A stretch of DNA of 62,139 bases, counting the filler, from Sphacelaria rigidula (lineage: Eukaryota): assembly GCA_964200075.2 (NCBI GenBank). It is 11 parts of 11 records of this genome, joined end to end, with 100 filler letters (N's around TTAATTAATTAA, not from the genome) between each part and the next. Parts side by side here need not be neighbours in the genome. Positions count along the whole stretch, not along the records: positions 22,634 to 28,191 come from CAXNAA020026343.1; positions 28,292 to 33,849 come from CAXNAA020026344.1; positions 33,950 to 39,507 come from CAXNAA020026345.1; 8 more parts are not named here. One strand, written 5' to 3'. Under the pieces are notes generated by a model that saw only the letters and a program-made list of their open reading frames with translations, made no database searches and was not told the DNA's origin. Both the position numbers and the translations under genes were made by a program. Positions 24,541-36,080 of this stretch are shown piece after piece (the first letter of the stretch is position 1; the number at the start of each line of letters is the position of its first letter).

Positions 24541-25540
24541 TGGAAAAAAAAAATCATTGAAGAATATACCGGAGTTTTTCCGCTCTCTACCGGTTTCCCG
24601 AGGTCCTGGCGTGAAGACCCTGAGCAGTAATTAGGGGATTCCGTGTACATTTGTACACCGCACCGCACGCGCGTGCGATTTTTCACGCGGGTGTTTCGAG
24701 TCAGACCCTGAAATTTTGCACAAGTGTCCGATAGGATTTTGCGGAACCCTTCATGAATGGGGCTTTTTTATGTTCGTTTTTTTTGCCAGATACCCTGAGT
24801 CTCGGGAGGCAGGATGATCCACGGAACCCTCGGTACCCCAGATTTCCGACGGAAATATGAAACATTGATTAAAAGACATTCATGAGCATTTTTGAAATAT
24901 CCCACAGCACACGTGTGCAAAACTTCAGAGTGTAAATCGAAACATCCGCATGAGAAATCACTGGGGAGTACTCGTAAATTTTGGGCGTTCAACCTCAGCC
25001 AGACTATACGTCGACCAAAATGATGATCCATAAACCATCAGGAATTCCACAAAACTTCAATGAACCTTGCTGACCACAAATTTCTACGGATCACCAATAA
25101 ACGCCAACAACGACCACGACCATGGCCAAGGCATCGTACATCAGTTCGACAGCACCTTCAACCCCAATAACGACTCAATGCTGAGGATCAAGTGGCCATT
25201 TTCCCAGTAGAAACCGTTGAATAATTCATGTCATCAGCCATACTCATCCATGTAAGTCCTGGTATCTTGTAAGATCCGGATCCTTTATGAATCCAACAAC
25301 GTGGCAAGTATTCTTCTCAAACCTGTCTTGCCAGAACTGCGATATCTGTCTCGTGGACAGTGGCCAAGGATACGATCATATCATTTAGCCCACCCTGGTA
25401 CGGAGCTGCAGTTCCTTTTCAGAAAGAATGAAGGTGCTTCGTGCCACGGCACACTCCCACACCACTAGAAACTATATTTTCCCGCGCAAAAGTCCAGACG
25501 ACAGCCTGCGTGAGGGAAACGAGGCCCGGGGCTTACGACC

Positions 25541-25986
25541 AACACAGGATTCTACAAGTTGGGGATGGATTTTTTTATTGAGGATAAGCAACCCGGATAA
25601 TTAATATCTTCGTATCCACACCAAGTCTTCGACATATGGTCCCATTTCTTTACTTGCTGGTAGCTATTGACAACTACTGCATACCATTCAAATTTGGAAT
25701 TCGATAGCCGCAATGTTGGGGTTCTAGGTGAAAAGCGAATATTTGGGGAATTTCGGCGATCTGATCGCATCATCTAAGCTCCCCAAAAATATTGCTTCAC
25801 CCAGGACCCCAGCATGCCGGTTATCAGGATCCAAATTTGTATGGCGTGTAGTAGTTGTCAATAGCTACCAGTAGGTGAAGGAGTGGAACTACATTTCGAA
25901 GATTTGGTGTGGATACGAAGATTTTATTTCTGCGGGTTTCTCATCCCCAATAAAAGATCCATCCCCAATTTATAAAATCCCGTGTT
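25541..25986. mobile_element. MITE family A, full copy
   Basis: AACACAGGAT...ATCCCGTGTT, 446 bp, flanks GACC/GACA. Confidence 0.88.
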
Positions 25987-27144
25987 GACACAAAAGCCCA
26001 GAAAAAACCGCAATATAAGAGCAAGTATTACAGCTGTGCCCAAGTGCCTTCAGCTATCATAGACATGCCATGAAGGATTCTGGCGGTCCATTGAAAACGA
26101 TCATCATATGCTCCCATTACTCTTACATGGCGAAGCAGGTCGCTCGAATAGAAGTTTACGTAGTTCGACTTCTGCGGTAAAAACGTACAGGTAGCCCGCT
26201 AAGGTATCGTTACCTCACGGAGGTAGCAACCAGGTCATACGAACGAACACTCCGCTCAGTCCATGGCACGCACAAACAAGCAACGTATGATCGACCCGTG
26301 CTTGGGAAAATATGTTTTCCCGCGAGCACAAGTACGTGCAAACAGACACAATACGTTACCGAAAAGCTGGATCGTTGTGGAGGAATCCATCTCCGGCGCA
26401 CGTTTCTGTAGTACACATGGTTGACGATCCATCCAACGGTCCACGGGACGGCCGACCGTGACGGAGTGCCGGTCGGTTGTAAATGTCGGAAGGAACGCAA
26501 CTGGAATACACACAACCTTCAGATATGGATAGAGTGCAGCAGCGGACATCCCAACGCGATTCCGAACCACCACAACGACTCAAGACTGATACCTCGATAT
26601 CCCTCCCCAGAAAAGTGGCTGGTTTGAGGAGGCAAAATCTGAACGTGAATGAAAAATTGCAAAGGTGAAGCGCACTCAGCGATTGGAACTCACATGCTTG
26701 GGGTCATTTTCGTCAATGTGGCCCATATGAAGGCGCTTCATGAAGTCTGAAAGCGCTATTTTCTTTGCGACAATTTAGGGGCCGTTTCTATTATTTGTTT
26801 TTTTCGGGGGGGGGTCGCGGCATCACTCTCAAAGGAAAGGAACCAAGTGGTGTGCTCCCTCGGTAGCTGCCTATTCAGGCAAAAAAACGGGACTCTATGC
26901 GCACAAGAGTTATACTACGATAGGAGGGGAGGGGGGGGGAGGGGGTATTTTGGGCCATTTCTTTCGCAAAATTTCACTTCAAAACGTCGTTGAAAGCAGC
27001 AACGGTTGTTCGCACGCACGCACTTTTTACCGATAAGTAGTGCTCATTCATACTGATTAACATTGTTTTCACCCTAATACAAGCTCCCCGCGAGTGTGTT
27101 CGGTCGTCTGACATACCCGTGAGCCCTATTTTTCGTCGAATTAA

Positions 27145-27250
27145 CCCCCCCCTCCCCTATCGTGGTCCGGCGAAAACCCGGCGTGCTCGGATGTGAGGTC
27201 AACGGTCTTATGACTATGGCATGTATGATCATGAGAGTACACCCCCCCTA
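27145..27250 (+). repeat. About 110-130 bp interspersed repeat bounded by C tracts (also 57695-57795 and 58790-58920 on minus; fragments at 19050-19220 and 58190-58265)
   Basis: Shared GGCGAAAACCCGGCGTGCTC...GAGGTCAACGGTCT.ATGACTATGGCATG.ATGATCATGAG. Confidence 0.75.
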
Positions 27251-28191
27251 TCGTAGCAAGAAGTGTACTTGAGCTCGGAAGAAAGTAAAAAATATGGTAC
27301 AGAAGAAAAAGAAGGATGCTTGGGAAGGTGTCGTGAGAAAAATGAATGAAGATTTCGATGGCGGGATGAAACAAATGTGGGTAGGGATAAAAGGGATTAT
27401 GGAAAACCAGGCAAGGAAGAGGGACAAGGGGATAGCCACACTCTGGGCACAGAATGGTAAAATGGTCAGTAGTTCGAAGGCGAAGAGAGAAGTGCTAGTC
27501 GAGTGCTACCGTAAACTAGGAGCACCGAAAATAACGCGAAGTTCGACACGGAATTCGAAAAAGAGATCAACGAGTGGGTAGAAGCAAATGTAGAGACGTC
27601 AAAACGGAAGGATAGTGGCTGGAAATAATTGCAGAGAGAATTTACTGGAAATGAAGTACAGGAGTGCGTAGCTAAACTCAAAAACAAAAAGGTAGCAAGA
27701 GCAGACGTAATAGTTAATAAATTTCTAAAGTTTGGGAGGGAAGGAATGATTACAATGATGGTTATGCTGTACAACTGGATATGGGGAAAACGAGTACACG
27801 CGCAAGAGGTGGAGAGAAGGAGTAGTCGTCAATCTTTTCAAAAAAAGGAGAGAAGGCTGGCCCAGGGAACTATAGAGGGATACCACTACTGAGCACGGTA
27901 GGGAAAAGATTTTGTAAGATTCTGAACGACAGAGTAGGAACAGTGCTAGAAAAGGACGAAAAATTCAGCGGGGGACAAGCAGGTTTCAGACCAAACCGTA
28001 GTTGTGTAGACCATGTGTACACACTAGGTAAGATTATTCAAGGTAGGGAAGGCGCCGGGTTGACAACGTACTGTTTCTTTCTAGACGCGCAAAAAGGCTT
28101 ATGACACAGTATGGAGAAATGGGCTGTGGAAGAAGTTGTGGGACGCTGGGAACAGAGGAAAAATGTGGAGAATGGTGAAGAAGGTGACAGA
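27250..28191 (+). mobile_element. Non-LTR (LINE) retrotransposon ORF2 reverse transcriptase remnant, frameshifted
   Basis: Manual translation: EVQECVAKLKNKK, WREGVVVNLFKK, GNYRGIPLLSTVGK, QAGFRPNRSCVDH, FFLDAQK/AYDTV. Confidence 0.9.
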
Positions 28192-28349
28192 NNNNNNNNN
28201 NNNNNNNNNNNNNNNNNNNNNNNNNNNNNNNNNNNTTAATTAATTAANNNNNNNNNNNNNNNNNNNNNNNNNNNNNNNNNNNNNNNNNNNNGGAAAGCAC
28301 GGCTTTTGAGTTGAACCTCATTTTTTTTTTTTACTTCATTTTCGAAAAT

Positions 28350-29330
28350 CGGCTGTTATTGGTGATTGATTCGCCCGAGTAACATGGATATTAATACTTT
28401 GTCTTGTGCTGTCCCACTGCCCACCCCCCTCGCGTCTGCACAACGTGTGAGACGTGAGTCTCCAAAAACCATTTTGTCCGACACAGGTGCTGTCTGTACG
28501 ACCGTGACATGCGTGAAGTGGCAAATGCTTTTGGTGGACGGTGACCGACCATGATCAAGATCAACCCCCAGACTTCAAAACTCCCTGCTATGGGAGAACG
28601 ATGATAGTCAGTGCAGCACTCCTTTCCCGTGACCTCAAAGCGGGGCGGGAGACATTGATGGCAAGAATTGAAGGGGGCTGATGCTGATCGTGTGCTTTGT
28701 CTGGAGGCGTTGAGCTGCTTTGCTCCGCCGGTCGCCGGGTGGGAATGAGGGATCAAGTAGATGAAGTAGTGAGTGTCTGGTTTCGTTTGGTAACGTAGGC
28801 ACTACAGTATGGATTACTGAATTTGAGTTTTGAATTTGATGTTTGTACTGCAGGCAACTGACTGACGGTGAAGTGAATTTTAGAACATGTGATCCTTGTT
28901 CCAAAAATTGTCTACTGCCCTGTGTGGGTTCATATTTTATCTAGGAGCTTGGTCTTGCATACGTAATGAAGGTTACTCGAATGCCAAGTACGAACCACCC
29001 ACGCTGTTGTAAGGAGCATGGGCTAGTACAGTTGCAGAACTTGACTTGCGTTTCACCTGGTTTGACCATCAGGAGCTACAGTGTGGTATACACACAGCTT
29101 ATTATGCATCCCTGTTTATGTCTTGGTGTGTGAAGAAAATGCCGAGATATTCGGAGAGAGTTGATTGATTCTTGGCTGATCCCATAGTTGTCGGAACAGG
29201 TGACAAAGTTTCGGAATATTACGATATTTTTGCGGTTGCTGATGAAATTCATTTAATGAAAAGATATACCTGTTGAATGCGCCGTGAGCGTAAGATTTCT
29301 TTTGTGGAAATATAGCTCTATTCACTGTGT
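28350..29330 (+). ncRNA. Putative large structured RNA element 4 (unclassified), followed by a G tract and an LTR-like segment
   Basis: 28401-28410/29287-29296 (10 bp) plus outer collinear short helices; hairpin 28429-28458. Confidence 0.35.
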
Positions 29331-29779
29331 ATGGTCTTTGGATCTTGTCGCCGACACCCAGTACATGGGGGGGTATTCGTGGGATGGCCAGGGTGGTCAG
29401 TAAGATACACTCGACAGGATAAGGTACGGTAGTCTAGTGACATATCTGTCTGAGTTCCGAGTACAACGCGGCATGACTTTATACTGTGATGGTAGTGACT
29501 GGACATACGTGAGTGCGTGCGTTTGCCATCTTGAGATCGTAGCCCCCTACGATCTCATTCTCTCTCTCTCTTCTTTCCTGTTTATCCAACGAAGCTATAT
29601 ATACATTCTATCACATCCTGATCGGCAGTCAGCCGTGTCCACTGATCGACTATCACAATCGTGTCCACTGATCGATAATCGCAGTCGAGTCCGCACCTCA
29701 TCCTCGCACAGGGTCACGAAGCTACAAACAAAACGACGCTTCTGCTCCGTACTCACACATACCCGATACTAAGGCCCAT

Positions 29780-29900
29780 TATTATCGACACCGCTTTTTC
29801 GGAGATAGATGCCAGAAAGCTTCGGGACTGGTAAGGCACCCGATGACTCTCGAATGCTCGCGAGCGCTACGGAGTACACACAGGGTAGCTCTCTGACGCT
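29780..29900 (+). repeat. Interspersed repeat (also about 33365-33640 and 51080-51300)
   Basis: Shared ATCGACAC...TTCGGGACTGG...CTCTCGAATGCTCGCGAGC. Confidence 0.65.
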
Positions 29901-30167
29901 ATCGCAAAAGAGGCACAAGCGTGCCTTGTGGCGAGATGCCTTCTACAGAAACTCTGCCGGCAGATCACGGGCAATGAGCAGGTAAACAAAATAATTTGTT
30001 GAAAATCATGCACCTATTGTTATATATTTACTATCTCTCTGAACTGAAGACCAAGAAGATCAAACGCCAAACGTAGTGGGAAATGAGGAAAAGTGACGCC
30101 TGGTTGCGTTCACGAAAACTAATTCGAAAAAAATCGAGACGCCCCCCCCCCCCAAATTACACCTGCG

Positions 30168-30250
30168 TGACGCGCCATTTTTCCATGACGCACCATTTTT
30201 CCATAACGTGCCATTTTCCCATGGTGCGCCATTTTTCCATCACGCGCCAT
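30168..30250 (+). repeat. 18-bp minisatellite, about 4.5 units
   Basis: TGACGCGCCATTTTTCCA variants in tandem. Confidence 0.85.
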
Positions 30251-30418
30251 GGCACCTGTGACGGAGCTATCATACGTCATTGCTAGATATATGCCGTTAC
30301 TCTGCCATATGTAACAATTCATTGTTCACTTCAACAACCGTAGTACCTACATCCTGTCATCTATACCCGATTCCTGACCCGAGGTGTAAGCCCCTGACTC
30401 CGGGATAAACATTCACGT

Positions 30419-30634
30419 ACGTGATAGATGATGTGGGAAAAATCGATCAACCTCCCTGCTCGTAGCCTATTCCTTATAGTTTATTTTAAAATCAGAATAT
30501 ATCAGGCAAAGTCATTCCGAATATGGACGTGATAGATGGTGTGGGAAAAATCGATCAACCTCCCTACTCGTAGCCTATTCCTCATAGTTTATTTCAAAAT
30601 CAAAATATATCAGGCAGAGTCATTCCGAATGTGG
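30419..30634 (+). repeat. 108-bp tandem duplication, possibly within the Copia 3' LTR
   Basis: 30419-30526 repeats as 30527-30634; a PPT-like AAAGGAGGGAGG lies on the minus strand at about 30800-30812. Confidence 0.85.
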
Positions 30635-31188
30635 AGAAATGAAGGTCACATTTCTATATATCTCCGCACGAAATATTGAACGTCTCAAAGTGGAAATTGA
30701 ACGTTCCTTCACAAAACCTTTCTTGATCTTACCATTTCGACTCCCTTTTGAACCAACCAACTGCCACTAAGTCAGGCGCATATAGTCGAAACTGTTATTA
30801 CCTCCCTCCTTTCGTGATATATTTCACTGGAATGCCACATGTATAGTCGACACTGTAGGTATGAAACGTTACAACAGTGTTCTTCACAGCAATAAATAAT
30901 TCCGAAAAAACAATTCAATCTCAGATCGAAACAAAACAAGCCAACACTTGAAGAAGACCGGATGTTGTGGAGTTTGGTCAACTCAAAACTACATATATAT
31001 ATACTGTATCAAATCTTCATCAATGTACCGAGAAAATCCGAACACACCCCGTATCAATTTAAATTATCAACCAAATCAGTACCCCAGATGAATGCAAACT
31101 CGAATCATATCAACTCAAATAAAAGAAATCGAAACGGTTATACCAGATAAATCAACACTCATCTCAAACCAACACTATAATAGTCAGT

Positions 31189-32230
31189 TCAGATCGACAC
31201 ATCAGAGTCCTGGATAACTTGCATAATACTCACGGCGAAATCACGGTGAGATGTTAAAGTGTCCGTCGGCAATACCCTAGTCAAGAAATCTGCATGCTGA
31301 AAGTCGAATACTACGTGAGAATAGTCGAACTCTCTTTGCTTGCTATCAGTTTCCTGATTCAATGACGCCACAACCAATGAGCCTGGAAGAGTTGCAGTCC
31401 GTTACGGGGTTCTGTGCGAGCGGAATAGCCCCCAGCTTATCCTCGAATACGGGGATGCACGACATTTCTACCCCTGGTAACATGACACGCCAGACCTGCC
31501 TCAAAAATAATACCTCCTTCATGAAATCAGTTATAGCAAAGTATTCTGCATCCGTTGCAGACAGCGTCACACACTTCTGCGTCCTAGAAAACCAAGACAC
31601 ACATGCACCCTCGCACATCACTAGTCCTTCAGGTACCGACCTTCTATCAGCTGCTTCACTCGAGTAATCGGCATCCGCAAACACTTGAAAGCTCAATCCG
31701 AGCACGTCGTCCCTGCCGAACTCGTCACATCTCTCCTTCTCTCCTACCGCAAAGATATCGTCTACATTAACAGACAATTCTATAAAATGAGGTTCATCAA
31801 TTAAATGAGGTTCGAGCCCAAAACAGTACTTTCTGCACACTTTCAGCGCGATGGTGTCCAATGACTTTCTTGTCGGCCTATTGCCCCTCGATCGCGTAGA
31901 TACTTTTTCAGAGCATTTTACCGACTCTGTGACCTTACAGCGCTGACCGAAACCGCTGTTTTCTCTGATATCACCCCCCCCCCCTGAACAAAAATAGAAA
32001 TGGCGGTTGCGGACGGGGCTGTAAGCTCACAGAGTTGATAAAATACGCTGAAGAAGTATGTGCGCGATCGAGGGGCATTAGGCCGACAAGAAAGTCATCG
32101 GGCACCATCGCTGAAAGTGTGGAGAAAGTACTGTTTTGGGCTCGAACCTCAGTTAATAAATTGATGAACCTCATTTTCATAGAATTGTCTCTTACAAGTA
32201 CTATAATGGCTATAATCACCCTGCTGCCCA
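31189..32230 (-). mobile_element. Ty1/Copia pol remnant (RT VDD motif fused by deletion to RNase H), interrupted by a MITE
   Basis: IIVLV/VDDIFAVG; FADADY..DRRSV, VSWFSRTQKCVTLS..AEY, VFED, HADFLT. Confidence 0.9.
31770..32192. mobile_element. Foldback MITE with TA flanks inserted in Copia RT
   Basis: About 195-bp inverted arms AGACAATTCTAT.../...ATAGAATTGTCT; TA on both sides. Confidence 0.85.
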
Positions 32231-32242
32231 TAATGCCGCCGC

Positions 32243-32560
32243 GCCCCGGTGGTGTAATGGTCCTGTAATGCGTGAGAGGGCCGCGTGCTTAGAGGACCGC
32301 GCCGTCGCTCGAAACACCTGACGATCAACGTTTTCCAAACCAAACGGGCCAGTCCCTGCAGAGACCACGCCCCTGATCCCAACCCGAACACTAACCCTAA
32401 CCCTAACCCCTGACCCTAACCCTAACCCTAACCCTAACCCTAACCCTAGGGGTGTTCGAATTCCAATGCGGTCCTCTAAGCACGCGGTCCTCTCACGCAT
32501 ATTACAGGTTCGACTGTCGCCATTAGGGTGAAGAGAACGAGGGTTCGATTCCCGATAGGT
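32243..32560 (+). mobile_element. tRNA-derived SINE head split by a MITE
   Basis: A box TGGTGTAATGG 32250-32260 and B box GGTTCGATTCC 32542-32552; spacing is normal once 32262-32508 is removed. Confidence 0.6.
32262..32508. mobile_element. MITE family C with about 39-bp TIR enclosing a (CCCTAA)n array (32391-32448)
   Basis: CCTGTAATGCGTGAGAGGGCCGCGTGCTTAGAGGACCGC versus its complement at 32468-32508. Confidence 0.8.
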
Positions 32561-32701
32561 TGGGTTTTTTCTTTTTGGTATCTGATTTCCACCGTGGACA
32601 GCGTGAGAACGTGAGAAAACAAAGCAGTTGACTGAGTTTGTTTCACGTGAGTTGACGCGGTGCGGGAGTGCTGATCCAATCCACGAGACCAAAATGCATT
32701 T

Positions 32702-33145
32702 AACACGCGATCTTACAAATTGGATATGGATCTCTTATTGAGGATGAGAAACCCGGCGGATTAAAATCTTCTTATCCACACCACATCTTCGAAATACGGT
32801 TCCATTTTTTCACCTGCTGATAGCTATTGACAACTGCTACACGCCATAGAAATTTGGATTTCGATTACCGAAAGGTTGGGGTCCTAGGGGAAAATACAAT
32901 TTGGGGGAATTCCGGGGGTCCGAACGGACGCCAAAATGGTTCCGAAATTGGTTTTACACGTAGGACCCCGACATTTCGGTGATCGAAATCCAAATTTCTG
33001 TGGCGTGTAGCAGTTGTCAATAGCAATCAGTAGGTGAACAAATGAAACCGTATTTCGAAGATTTGGTGTGGATAGGAATATTTTAATCCGCCGGGTTTCT
33101 CCTCCCCAATAAAAGATCCATCCCCAATTTGTAAGATCCCGTGTT
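32702..33145. mobile_element. MITE family A, full copy with ATTT target-site duplication
   Basis: AACACGCGAT...ATCCCGTGTT, 444 bp, ATTT on both sides. Confidence 0.9.
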
Positions 33146-35573
33146 ATTTACTGGGGAGAGATGGGTTGATCCCTTGAGACCACGGACTCATCCCGAGGAA
33201 GGGGAGGGATTCAAAGTGCGACAAATAAAAATAATAAAAAATGATAATAAAGTGTCCCCCATCGATCAAAATAAACATGAATCCGCCAAGCATTGATCAA
33301 ATTCTAGAACATCCAAGCATTTTGCCAGGTGACTATGTGTCATTGACTAGACACTGAGGCTCAAAATCATCGACACTGTGAGTTCGGAGAACTCAGAAGT
33401 GTTCGGGACTGGCATGGTACCTGATAACTCTCGAATGCTCGCGAGCACCACGGCGTTTTTTTACACACAGGGCAGCTCTTCGACATGCCACGTTGCAGTC
33501 CCCGGATTTTTTGGACTTATCCGAAAATGAAGCTTCGGAAGAGAAATCAAGCCGCGTCGCTTACGGAGAAGTCTGATCGCACAGTCCGAAGAGCTCGAAA
33601 AATTCTGAGACCTCCGAGGAGGCAATTTCGATAATAATAGACTTGACGTGACCCATCTGCTCGGTACTTGCAGGTACTGACATGTAATTTGCATGCATGC
33701 AGTGTTGTGTGTGTGTGTGTGTTGTCATCCCATTTATCCTGGGCACCAGTCTACACCTTTCAGGGTATGTGGGCGCATCAGCCGGGGTCACACAGGAGGA
33801 ATGTCAACACAGGAGCTTTTTCTTTTTTTATTTGTCTTTAATACCCCCCNNNNNNNNNNNNNNNNNNNNNNNNNNNNNNNNNNNNNNNNNNNNTTAATTA
33901 ATTAANNNNNNNNNNNNNNNNNNNNNNNNNNNNNNNNNNNNNNNNNNNNAACGCCTCTGGAGGGGTGCGCGGCCCTCCAAAGGAATACTTTTTTGTTGTT
34001 TCCAGAGGGATTAAACGCACCGGGACGCTTGTTTTTGCCTCCGTAGGGGTGCGCGGCCCTCCAGGACGGTAGTGTTTGATTTCCTCCAGAGGAATTGAAG
34101 GCCTGCGGAGGCTTGTTTTGCCTCTGGAAGGCCGCGGATCCCCCCGGAGGCATTTTGGGGGGTAGCCAAATGGCTGCGTGTGTAGGGCAAAGGCGGGGGG
34201 GTTGCTAGCCTACGAAAAGTGTCCGGGGTGTTTGGCGACACTCTACTAACCATCCTGAACCATCGCCCCCTTTCGTTCGTTTCTCGGGATACACTTGATT
34301 TTAGACTACATCCTTGACTGCTGTGAGAATTCGTGCGTGAAGGTAACGCTATTCCTATTCAGACGCCACATACACCTCCGCACCAGTGAGACATTCCGGG
34401 GTTGATCCTTATTTCCACGTGCATTTCAAGCTGACTCTCAAAACCTGCCGAAGAAATAATAGGTCATAGTCCGACTTTTCCTGCTGAGCGCGATATATGA
34501 CCTGTAAAGGGCTATAACCCAGTGGATGCATTTCGGCTCAAAGCACACAACTCAAAAATGGCGAACACGCTCCGGCCTTGTAGTTAGTGTGAAAGTAATA
34601 TAGAAAATAGTCGTTCGTTTGTCTTTTTCCTCGAAGGAGGATGTTAGGGGCAATATAATAGTTCTCCTGTATGCGTTCGTCGAGCAGGAGCATACTCAAA
34701 AGTACATATTCTACTCGACCTGCCCTTGAACTCTACCCTACCGTCCGCGAAGCAGAAAAATTGTATGTTCACCCGGGTGCATCATCGACATCTGTGCAAC
34801 CTAGGAATATGGCAAGAACACTTGTGTCTGGTCAGTGCCGCATGACCACCCCGACCTTGATGACCTGGATCACACTTTCAATGCAGAGCCGAAACAACCA
34901 ACGCAGAGTACAGGAGTACAGTAGCATGCTCTTGTACTCTCTCAGTGCCCTTTTCATCGAACGGGATTTCCTCGCTTTTTTTCAAATCCTCTTTCTTAAA
35001 AACGATCGCTGATTGGTCACTGCGATGCCCCCCTTTCTCCGTCTCGAAAGGGATGCGTGGTCAATGGTCAAAGGACTAAGGCAAGCAACAAATGAGTACG
35101 CCGCCCCCCCAAAAGACAAAAACTCAAACATGCCCAGAAATGCCCTGTTTTAGGGGGATTTCAGGAGGTGCAAAAACACTTTCTGAAATCTCATTTTGAA
35201 TAGGGGTTTTCGGGACACCTTGGAGGGGAACATACATACATGTTCGGTTGACAGGGACACATGGAAACGCTCACCGCACAACCCAACACAATCAGAGCTG
35301 AACCTGAGGAACTTGGTGCCCCCGCAAACCAAGAAAACATGGCTTGAGCCGTAGCTGCTCATCACCTGCGCACGTTGTTCGTGACCCTGCTCAAATCTGT
35401 TCATAGTTTATTGCAAAACGATGATTTGTGCGAGACCCATGCGCACGCTTACAAACGGTGAGCAACGGCACGTTTCCGGCTCTGATTTGGTGCCGGAAAC
35501 ATGGGGCATACGTTTCGATATATGTACGACGAGTTCAGCCACGAACCAAAGCTTGAACGGGATCGTTCAATCG

Positions 35574-36080
35574 TTTGATCGCGAGGGTAGGTAGATCATC
35601 TGGCTATGATAACATGTTTCCCAGATTCAGAAAGGATTTTGCTTTCGGAACGGGAGGTTTTTCATTATTTATAACAAAGCGGTCTAATCGCCCGGAACGG
35701 CCGTCACTCCCCTGAAGGCCCGTGATCTGAAGGGAGTTGAGCGCAATCAGATTTAAAATCGCGGCGGTGCCTTACGGGAGATACGGCTGAAATGTGCGTT
35801 TGTTTCCCAACGTAATTTGGACACATTTCTCCTTATAACTCTGTACTGACCATGTCTATTTCAAATATTCTCGCACCACAATTCCCGTCAGATAACGGGC
35901 TTTCAGCGGGGTGACGGCCGTTTCGGACGATCCGACCGCGTTGGTGTCAATCACGGAAAACCTTACGTACGTTCCGGAAAAAAACCCAACTAATATCACA
36001 AACATGTTGTTCTATGTTTTCATTTTCCAAGTTAACTTGATGCTGATCAAACACATGACCTATCTATGCTCGTGGTCAAA
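35574..36080. repeat. Decayed foldback element
   Basis: 35644-35740 is an imperfect reverse complement of 35879-35979, with weaker outer matches. Confidence 0.6.
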
